A DNA stretch of 51,891 bases, counting the filler, from Stramenopiles sp. TOSAG23-6 (lineage: Eukaryota): the NCBI GenBank assembly GCA_900128565.1. It is 2 parts of 2 records of this genome, joined end to end, with 100 filler letters (N's around TTAATTAATTAA, not from the genome) between each part and the next. Parts side by side here need not be neighbours in the genome. Positions count along the whole stretch, not along the records: positions 26,063 to 51,891 come from LT635991.1; 1 more part is not named here. One strand, given 5' to 3'. This document shows, piece after piece, positions 32,001 to 41,456 of this stretch. The notes beneath the pieces were generated by a model. It made no database searches, was not told the DNA's origin, and saw nothing but the letters and a program-made list of their open reading frames with translations. The translations under genes were made by a program, and so were the position numbers. How positions within the stretch are numbered: the stretch's first letter is position 1; every line of letters begins with the position of its first letter.

Positions 32001-34344
32001 AGCTTCACTCATTGCACATTTTACACTTAAACTTTACATCAATATTTGTCGTTCTCTTTTCGAATCCCATAAGTTGATATTTTCGTTTTTGATGACAACA
32101 GCTATTCTCAAAGGCAAAAAGGCAATCAATGAGGCAGAATTTAAATTTCTCCTTTTGTCACAAGCTGAAAGCTCAAGAGATTTGCCAAATCCCGCAAGTG
32201 GGTGGATTGTTGCAAGGGCATGGTCAGAGTTGTGTGTGCTTTTTACGCTACCTTCATTTAAGGGTTTTGATATTGACTTCATTACAAATATTGACTTTTG
32301 GCGTGGTTATTTTGACTCTTTAAATCCACACGAGTATTCTTTCCCAGAAAAATGGGATTCAATTCTCAATTCATTACAGAAACTTTGTGTATTAAAATGC
32401 TTAAGGCCAGACAAGTGCACGGACGCAATTACAAATTATGTTGTTGAACATATGGGGAAACCATTCGTTGAGCCCCCACCATTTGACCTCAATGCAGCGT
32501 TTAATGACTCATTATGTTTCACCCCTTTGATATTTGTCCTTACTGCGGGTTCAGATCCAACAAAAATGTTTAATTCGTTTGCACAAGAGATGGATATGGG
32601 AAATAAAACAAATGGAATCTCTTTAGGGCAGGGGCAAAACATAATTGCGGAAAAAATGATACGTAATGGTATTGAAATGGGTACTTGGGTGTATCTGCAG
32701 AATTGTCATCTTTATGTTTCATGGATGACTTCACTAGAGCAACTTTGTGAAAATATTGATCCTGACACATGTCATCGTAATTTTCGCTTATGGTTGACAT
32801 CAATGCCTTCGAAGTCATTTCCAGTTGCTATATTACAAAATGGGGTAAAAATGACAGTAGAACCTCCGAAAGGATTAAAAGCAAATCTAAAGAATGCGTA
32901 TTATAAACTTGACAATGAAAAGCTAGATAAAACGAATAAGCCTTTTGAATACAAGAAACTTTTATGGGCACTTTCTTTCTTTCATGCTCTTGTTCAAGAT
33001 CGGCGTAAATTTGGTGGATTAGGTTGGAACATACCGTATGAGTTCAATGATACAGATCTAGAAATTTCAAAATCTCAACTTGAAGCTTTTCTTGAAGCAT
33101 ATGAAGAAACACCTTACACACAGCTTAACTTTCTAATATCTTATATCAACTATGGAGGCCGTGTTACGGATTATATAGATTTGAGAACTATTGATGTCAT
33201 CCTACGCGATTTATATGTTTCTGATATAATGAGTGACGATTACAAGTTTTCAAAATCTGGAATTTATTATTCCTTACCCGTCGACCCAGATGACCCACAT
33301 AGAAAGTATATGGAATTTATTGATCAACTGCCTTTAAATCCGGCTCCAGAAGCCTTTGGAATGCACGAGAATGCGGCTATAATTTGCGCTGAAACGGAAA
33401 GTAAAACAATATTCGATATTGTTGTGAAGCTGCAAGCAAAGAAGGGATCAAGTTCCGGGAAATCATATGAAGAAATCCTTGATGAGGCAGCCGAATCTAT
33501 TCTAGATGCAGTGCCCCCCCCATTTCAGGTCGATGCTGTTAGTATGGAATATCCACTAACTTACAATGAATCAATGAATACGGTACTTGTGCAAGAACTT
33601 ATGCGCTACAATAATATTATCAATGTTATTAGACACGAATTACCAACTCTACGCCGTGCACTCAAAGGTCTTGTTGTCATGGGAGTTGAACTTGAAGCAA
33701 CTGGTAATGCGATATTTATGCAGAAGGTACCCCCAAGCTGGGAAGCAGTTGCATATCCTAGTTTGAAAGCACTAAATGCTTGGAGCGATGAGCTGGGCGA
33801 GCGACTGAAATTCCTGCAACGATGGATTGACAATGGTTCACCAGCAGCATACTGGGTACCCGGATTTTTTTTCCCACAAGCCTTCTTTACAGGAACACTA
33901 CAGAATTATGCGAGAAAATATATGTTACCTATTGATACTCTTAGTTTTGACTTTATCATGATGAAGGAAAATGTTGAAGTTATTGACAAAAAGCCCGATG
34001 ACGGTTGTTACATTTACGGTTTGTACCTCGAAGGTGCTAGATGGTGTTCTGAGAAGATGACACTTGACGACTCAAAACCCAAACAACTTTATACACACGC
34101 TCCTAGTATGCATTTAAATCCAGTGAAAGACAGAGAACCACCACAATCAGGTATTTATAGATGCCCAGTGTACAAAGAACTTCGAAGAGCCGGAACACTT
34201 TCAACAACTGGGCATTCTACAAATTTTATAATGTGGTTTGAAATTCCCGGAGGCCGTGGAGATATAAAGAATAATTTGGAGTTACCCGATCAAGATTATT
34301 GGATTAAAGCAGGTGTCGCTATGTTCTGCGCATTGAGATATTAA
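26063..34344 (+). CDS. DNAH1: Axonemal inner-arm dynein heavy chain (DNAH1-like), 5'-partial, with a frame break at ~29787-29799
   Basis: P-loops GPAGTGKT, GPTGGGKS, GPTGTGKT and GVGGSGRQS. YEYLGNSFRLVITPLTD, stalk/MTBD, AAA5-6, and C-terminus RAGTLSTTGHSTNF...WIKAGVAMFCALRY. The paralog call is less sure than the family call. Confidence 0.93.
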
Positions 34345-34545
34345 TGTATTTTTATACTCATACTGCTATTAATGCAAAAAAAAATAGAGATTTAAAAAAT
34401 AAAAATCCAAATTTATTTCAATCAAACTTTTTTTGATGAAAATATTTACTGGTACCGTAGTGCAATAAAATTCCTTTATATATTTTTTCATCATAGAAAC
34501 AAAAATATTATTCTTTCTGGGTAAGAAATGTGTACAAAGATTCAA

Positions 34546-36649
34546 TCAATCATTCCATTGTGTACCTGCGTCAACTTGGAGCATACTCGCAAGCTCCATA
34601 GTCTGTCTATAGACTACAAAACCTCCTGGTTGATCACCCGATGGTTTAATACATTGTTCAATCGTATCCTTACATTTACTTTCAGTTGCCTCGAGATTAT
34701 CATCACTATTTTCAATACCCTGTAATTTAGTTAAAGGATTATTATTAAGACTCTTCTGTACAGCATGTATCCTATTTTTTTTTTCTTTTTCATTTATTTG
34801 AGCCCCTCCTGAGGAACCACATTTGTATGTTTTACAATATTCCTGAATATATTTACCGTATTCGAAATTTTCTANATACAAAAATAATACTAAAATAATT
34901 CTTGTTCCTTTTGTTATTGGAAATCCAGCGTGACGCAACGGACCAGCAAAAAGAACAGCTTGTCCAATTTCAGCTTTTATTACTTTTCCATCAGGCCCCA
35001 ACGCCTCAAACCAAGTCCCTCCACCCTCAAAATTTGAGTTCAGCGATACAGTGAAACTCATCGATGATGTATCACAGTGCTCAGGAAGAGACATGGACTT
35101 ATCACATTCATCATACCGAACAATAAATGCATCATGAACTCGTAATCGATTTGAAGGAGACGTCCCATCCGCAAGTATTGGGAATGCTGCAGCAACCATA
35201 GGATATAACCTTGAATGTAATAGTTCTAATAACCACGAGCTCAATTTTGGTATATCTTCAACCGCAATATCAGTAGTCTTTACACTAGATTGTCTCACTG
35301 TAGGCCATTTATCATTTTTCTCAACTTTTATATATTGATTAACTTCTTCTAATACATTATCACACTCTTCTTTGGTAAGTAGGGAACTCTTACTCCTAAA
35401 GACGACTCGTTTACCTTGAGCACTTTTGTTGAATAATGATAGTGCCGGCGTTTGGTTAAAATGAGAAGAGTGAACTTCAAAAGAGTCTAAATCACATTCC
35501 ACATCAAATACACCATTACCATGCGCACCCTGACCAATTAAATGACTACCAGTATAAACATTACTACAGTCAGCGACTACGAAGGAGTCCCAACAATCGC
35601 GTTTTTTTGCTTGGCGTTTTAAACGCGGACATGAAGTTATTGCTTTATGCCCATTTGTCCAAGCATTGTATGCCGCTGTATGATTGTCACTATGGATATT
35701 TACCCATCCTGCGAGATAATGTATTGTGAAAAATATACGAAATTAGAAATTCGTTAGGTACAAAATTGGGTACAAAAACAAATTGAAACTCATGATGAAA
35801 ACATACATATGCTTCAGCTGCGTCCTTAAGAGACACAAAATTCCCATCGGGCTTTGTTTTCCATCTCAAAAAAGCATCACAAACAAATTGACACATTTTC
35901 AATGCCTCCTGTTTTTTGTTCGCACGAAACAAAATTTTAGCAAGCGAAATTGTAAAAGCTGAGTTATACTGAGGAAATTCGTTTATCGCAGATTTCAAGC
36001 AAGCAATTGCCTCGTCTTGGCGGGACAATCCATCTAAAGCAGCAGCATATGTTATGTACACTGATTTTGCCGTACAAGAGTCATCTTTTTCCCATATAGA
36101 ACACTTTATCATTTGGCGACAAAGATAAACGTCGTCAGCATATTTTTTCTTCAGTTTTATGATAGCAATGTCTTCTATAGATATACCATCAGCTAGTAGC
36201 ATTTTAGCTTCACGATTTGCAATATTTTCATACGCAATATCAGCGTCTATTACACCATCGGTGTTTTGCATTTGTATAGCGTCAAAGGTTTGTGGTACTA
36301 CACGCGGTTGTGGTAATTGTTGAGGCAAAACTGAATGTCTCGTAGAAGTAGTGAGAGCTATACCCTTTTCTTTGATATCTTTCGAAATTTGAGCATTTAT
36401 TCCCTCTCCATTTTCATCGCTCTGAAAAAATACACTTTTTAGTCTATTCGCTGCAATGTGTGTTAATGGAATAGATCCTGTATCTGATTTTAAATAGTCT
36501 AAAACATTGCAACGTGATGGACACTTCTTTGTAGCATTTTCGGCTGAAGAGCTAGATAAAGCTACGGTAGAGAGAGATCCTTCTTCTCCTGAATCAGCTG
36601 ATACATCGCCAAACAACAATGTAAAGTTATCAGTCCGTTCTTTATCCAT
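34546..36649 (-). CDS. TPR-like region plus 2OG-Fe(II) oxygenase (prolyl/lysyl hydroxylase-like); exons 36649-35807, 35718-34546
   Basis: DAFIVRY, HCD (HxD), FEGGGTWF, LRHAGFPITKGTRIIL. The two ORFs join through 72 open codons after intron removal. Confidence 0.85.
35719..35806 (-). mobile_element. Element intron, 88 nt, GT...AT
   Basis: gcatAT|GTATGTTTTCATC...TACCTAAC...TTCACAATAC AT|tat. Frame restored. Confidence 0.88.
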
Positions 36650-36952
36650 ATTTATTTAAGTTCATTCATCTAATATTTACGTTTTAGGGAAGAAAGCATT
36701 AATTAAGGTGATTAAGGTTTGTTGTAAGTCAAAGTCAAACTCAAACATTTCCATATTCAGCTGAACTTTAATTGACACCCGGTAACAAAAGGTTTTTCGA
36801 TATTTCGTGCTCCGACTAGTGCCTTTTCTTATGGGTACCTGTAAGAACTTTCTTTACGAACGTTCTTCTTGACGTTGTTATGCAAATACAAGTGTACTAC
36901 ACATTTCTTTTTCCAGGACTTGAACAATTCATTCAGAAAGTTCCTGTATAAA

Positions 36953-38376
36953 ATGGCAGAAACAAGATCAAGCCCATCTCGAAGTCATCTTCACCGGTAC
37001 GTGATCTTAAACTAATTACAAATAAGTTTGAACGTGAGAGAACCAACTCGATTGTTGTATTTTCTTTTCATTTCTTAATATCCGTTTCTATAATAACTGG
37101 TTTTACTTACTATCCTTTGAGTTATCTATAAAACTTCAATTTACAGTCTTGCAAGATTAGTTCTTCCTATACGAGACTTACGTAACTTACCCAAGATGCA
37201 GCTTTATGCAAAGTTGCGGAAACAGTTCGGATGGAATAGACTTACCCGTCGTGAACGTAGGCAAAGTCAGAAGTTAGATAAAACCGATGAAACAGAAAAG
37301 TTGGAAAGAGCCAGATTTCGATCCAGTAGTGGTAGTGAACAGAGACCCGAGTCATCTCAAAAGAACAATAGTGAAGTCAATGCATCTCCAGGACAGAAGC
37401 GTAAGTTTTACTCTCGTTGTAAAAGTCAAATACGAAAATCAAGACGCCCAAAATCTCCACGCATAGATGAAAGTATTGCTAATCTTATTCGGTCAAAACA
37501 TCACAGTGCCTCAGATGACCCCCAAGGTGGTAAGAAAATCAAAATGAAAGACAAAACAAAAGTTTGGGAGCAGAAAACTGACCCTATTACTCTGTGTGAT
37601 CTTGGAAAGAATGTGTTTACGACAAAAAGGTCAGATGGAAAAAAAGGTACTTCTTTCGATGTTGAAACGTTAGTAAATTATATATTGTTGTCAGGAGATT
37701 TCACAAATCCTACTACCAGGGTTACATTTACAGAGTCCGAATTAAAACGCTTAGATAAATGCGCTAATAATGCTGGACTAACTTTACCAAGTGTACGGGA
37801 CTTGCGAGACGATTTGAAATATCACGAACAAAGAAAACAAAAGAAGTTTCGAAGAGATGCAATGCTTGGGTTAGATCGTTGCCTAGGTGAAGTGGTTGGT
37901 AATATGGTCGATTTGATTGAAACCTGTGAAAATGCAGAGCTTGGAGAAATTAGACTCGTTACTGAACTTTTCCCATTATTTTCATTTTATCTTCGGCAAA
38001 TTAGTGATGTAGATTCCGAATTCGCGCGTCAATGTGTGAAGCATTATCGAGAATACACAACAGGTCCGCCAAACAAGCCTATCAATGACGCCGGTGGATT
38101 AAAAGCACCAGTTCTTCGTTTTCTTGAACAAGCGCTGAAGTCTCCTAGAGTTGGTGACGATTCCCATTTTTTACAAGGGTTTTCTTCAAATACAACATCA
38201 GCAAATAATAGAAATAATGTTAGTGTACGTTTTTTATCTTGAATTTAAAATTTTTTTTTAATACGATATTTTGTACCTAACGAAAATATTTTGAAAATTC
38301 GACATATTTTACCAAAATATATGATGCTTCTGAGTCAACTTGTGAGTCTTCTCGAGCAGCAACGAGAACTCCATGA
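36953..38376 (+). CDS. Hypothetical protein with U-box/RING-like motif; exons 36953-36996, 37147-38224, 38323-38376
   Basis: The ATG at 36953 splices in frame through a canonical intron. Motif DPITL...FDVETLVNYIL...NPTTRVTF. Confidence 0.7.
36997..37146 (+). other. Conventional GT-AG intron, 150 nt, unrelated to the element family
   Basis: cg|GTACGT...TTACAG|t, phase 2, in frame with ORF 37196. Lacks the family palindrome and TACCTAAC. Confidence 0.7.
38225..38322 (+). mobile_element. Element intron, 98 nt, GT...AT
   Basis: aGT|GTACGTTTT...TACGATATTTTGTACCTAAC...CCAAAATAT AT|gat. Confidence 0.75.
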
Positions 38377-38660
38377 TAAATACGTCCCAAAAAATAAAAT
38401 TATTGCTTAATAAACTCAAAATTTAGTGCAAGTGTATTTAAATGAATTGTTGGATATAATTTGAAATGAACAATTTTTCTATAAATTGAAATAAAAATTT
38501 TTAATTCAAGGAATTCAATTTTCTTGAATTTTTATAAATTTCATTTTTTTCGAAGCACGCGCCACGTGGCGGAAAAATGCTTTACAAGAAATTTTTCTAT
38601 CAAAAAACAGCAAGAAACAAGGGTTCTAGGAGAGCTATTTGAGCTATATTATTTATTAAG

Positions 38661-39464
38661 ATGAACCAATCAACGAATATAGACAGAGATCTGAGAGATC
38701 TGTATAGTGTTTTTGGAATCATTGCAGTAACTATGATTTTACAGTGGGTCTTTTGGAGTAGCGGTAAAAGTAAGATTAAAAAGCTTTCTGCACCAGATAT
38801 GCATCTTTCTCGTAGGTTCCAACACGCCACTACGGGTTTACTTTTTTTTTTAGAGCTCGAGCTAAAATTTCTCCCGAGTGTTAAATACGATATTGTCACG
38901 TTATTGGTATGTGCTGCCTTATTTTACACGATCCATCGAGTTAGATTATACTATCCACGTTTAAATTTACGTCTTGTTGCACTATATCGCCCAATACTTA
39001 GAGAAAAGGAAGCCTCAGGCGAAAAGATTCCGTCTGCTTTCTTCTTCCTGATAGGCACTGCGTTTACAATGATATTATTTCCTCAACCGATTGCTGCTAT
39101 TGCTTTATTGCACCTCAGTTTGGGTGATCCTATCGCAGGCATCATCGGTAGTTGTTTTGGTTCTTACCCTCTACCCCACGTGTCACCAAAGAAGACGGTG
39201 GAAGGGTTTGTTTCTTGTGTCATTATCTGCACTTTAGTTTCACTTTTATACTTTATATGTTCACCGACATCAGATCAGTTATTTGTTAGTTCCAAATACA
39301 ACCCAAAGTCAAATTATTTACTTTTCGCTGTAATTGCAGGTTTATGTGGAGGTTTCGCTGAAGTTTTAAGTATTGGTGAGCTTGATGACAACCTCACTTT
39401 ACCTGTCTTGTCTGGAACTTTTTTTACCATAATCCATCATATAGTACTGAATTATATACAATAG
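38661..39464 (+). CDS. CTP-dependent lipid kinase (DGK1/phytol/dolichol kinase family)
   Basis: Multi-TM protein with RRFQH, LREKE, GDPIAGIIG, SPKKTVEG and DDNLTLP. Confidence 0.88.
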   Translation: MNQSTNIDRDLRDLYSVFGIIAVTMILQWVFWSSGKSKIKKLSAPDMHLSRRFQHATTGLLFFLELELKFLPSVKYDIVTLLVCAALFYTIHRVRLYYPRLNLRLVALYRPILREKEASGEKIPSAFFFLIGTAFTMILFPQPIAAIALLHLSLGDPIAGIIGSCFGSYPLPHVSPKKTVEGFVSCVIICTLVSLLYFICSPTSDQLFVSSKYNPKSNYLLFAVIAGLCGGFAEVLSIGELDDNLTLPVLSGTFFTIIHHIVLNYIQ

Positions 39465-39784
39465 ATATACAATAGATGATTTAAGCTTATTTTTATAAAC
39501 ATTTATAATTGAAATTATTTTATCACTTTCAATGATAGTTGTAGTCAGGAATGGATTCGGATTATAAAAATTAATAGTATATATATTAATTGTAATAATT
39601 TCATTTCATTTTTTTTTGAAACTTTTGCTACCCTACCAAAACACGTCTATCCAGCCAGCTAGGAAATACAAAATATTGAATACAGAACTTATGTAGTCCA
39701 TTGCGATTGATGTTGAATTAAAAACTCGAAAAGTTGACGCTTTCCCCTTGTCGGCTATTATTGAATACCGGTTTCCTTAGAACA

Positions 39785-40492
39785 ATGTCAACCTCAAAAA
39801 CTATTATTAGTGGACATCGTATTGGAATTTTACAGGGTTTAAAGAAAGTGATGCGATCAACAATTACAAAGAAATTAAAAGTTTTATCAGACCAAGAACT
39901 TAAAAAGCAGTCTGAGCTCGTACACAAACGTTTGCTCTCAACTAGTATCGTAAACGATAGTAAATCAATAAGTATTTACATAAACATGCCAACCGGGGAG
40001 TTACTTACAGATCAATTATTATTGGATTTGTTTGAACTCAAAAAAAACATTTTTATTCCTCGCGTTGACGGAATGTTTTCGGATGATATGCGTATGTTAC
40101 GTTTAAAAAGCGTGGAAGAAATGTCCCAATTTGTAAACAGCAAGTGGCACATAAAAGAACCAACTATACATGCTGCCAGTAAAATGGAAAATGCTTTAGA
40201 TAGTGGAGTAGTAGATCTTGTTATTGTTCCTGGAGTGGCTTTTGACAAGCAGTGTCACAGATTGGGTCATGGAAAAGGCTATTATGACTGTTTTTTACGC
40301 AAGTTGCAAACCGTAAGAAAGGAAAAAAATCTCCCCCCAGCTTTTACTGTTGGCCTGTCACTTAGTGATCAAGTTGTTAATGAAGTACCCATTATGGATC
40401 ATGATGTCGCCCTTGACTTTGTTATTACACCAAATAAAATATTTACAAGTACTAGCACTACAAGAAGAGAGAGTCTTAAGGGTACCGGGTGA
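39785..40492 (+). CDS. MTHFS: 5-formyltetrahydrofolate cyclo-ligase
   Basis: WHIKEP, DLVIVPGVAFD, RLGHGKGYYD, VPIMDHDVALD. Confidence 0.95.
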   Translation: MSTSKTIISGHRIGILQGLKKVMRSTITKKLKVLSDQELKKQSELVHKRLLSTSIVNDSKSISIYINMPTGELLTDQLLLDLFELKKNIFIPRVDGMFSDDMRMLRLKSVEEMSQFVNSKWHIKEPTIHAASKMENALDSGVVDLVIVPGVAFDKQCHRLGHGKGYYDCFLRKLQTVRKEKNLPPAFTVGLSLSDQVVNEVPIMDHDVALDFVITPNKIFTSTSTTRRESLKGTG

Positions 40493-40618
40493 ACCATAGT
40501 TGACCTTGGGTGAACACTCTAAATTTTGAAAGGTGCTAGTAAAATATAGTAACAATATTAAATACATTTTCATAGATTGAGAACTTATTTTATATGTCAA
40601 TATATCCTACAATAAATA

Positions 40619-41233
40619 TTATTCCACAAGGTAGTCCATCAAGGCTTTAACTTTTTCCATTTCTGCAAGAAATTCGTAAAATTGACTTAGGGTCATTTCC
40701 ATATTAATAATTTTTACTCGACCTTTCCCCTGGCTAAGTGTCAACTGCACTTGTAAAAATGTTGCCGATATTTGACGTAGCTCATCACTGGAAGCAGATA
40801 CACCAAATTTCCATTGCATATCGATTAATTTATTCACACGTAATGTTTGAACAAGCATGGTCTGAAATAGAACTCCGCGAGTTTCTTTCCATGAAGAAGA
40901 AACGATATCTGCATTATTACTTTTGAGCTCAAGCTGTTTCAAATCTCTCTCGAGCTGTGAATTTGATATATTATGACGCAAAGCACCTTTAAAAACCAAT
41001 AGCGAGCTACGCACCATACTTTTTAAAAGTCGAGAATTAACTTTATGTTCATCACAAAACGTAGACACATTTCCCAGAATATCTGTCGATGTGGGTTCTT
41101 TAAGAAAATCTGTCACTAAAGTAATGAAGCTCTTTAACTGCACAGGATTAAATGAATTCAATCCTTTGATATCGGAAAGCAAATTGGGGTCAGCTTCCTC
41201 CAATTTTGTACCTCCCAAGAAATTGAGACTCAT
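40619..41233 (-). CDS. COMMD7: COMM domain-containing protein 7
   Basis: VNKLIDMQWKFGVSASSDEL...FLQVQL...MEMTLSQFYEFLAEMEKV. Confidence 0.9.
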   Translation of the reverse strand: MSLNFLGGTKLEEADPNLLSDIKGLNSFNPVQLKSFITLVTDFLKEPTSTDILGNVSTFCDEHKVNSRLLKSMVRSSLLVFKGALRHNISNSQLERDLKQLELKSNNADIVSSSWKETRGVLFQTMLVQTLRVNKLIDMQWKFGVSASSDELRQISATFLQVQLTLSQGKGRVKIINMEMTLSQFYEFLAEMEKVKALMDYLVE

Positions 41234-41456
41234 TATCAACTATTCTAAATCTGAAATAAGAATGAAAAGTGCAAAAATAAGTAAATTCGAATCGAATCGA
41301 TCATCGATCACAATCACACACAATCAAAATCGATTTGACCGACACGAAATCTACGACTTTTTTTTTTTGTAGGGTAAAAAAGGCAAGTGTTTTTAGATAC
41401 GGAGTCATCATAAAAATAGTAAGTTGTTGTTTTTATGCTATAGTACCTGCGCAGTG

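Noticed and set aside
26318-33833. Antisense ORFs within the dynein gene, and similar ones within other long genes
   Set aside because: Typical reverse-frame shadows with no recognisable motifs.
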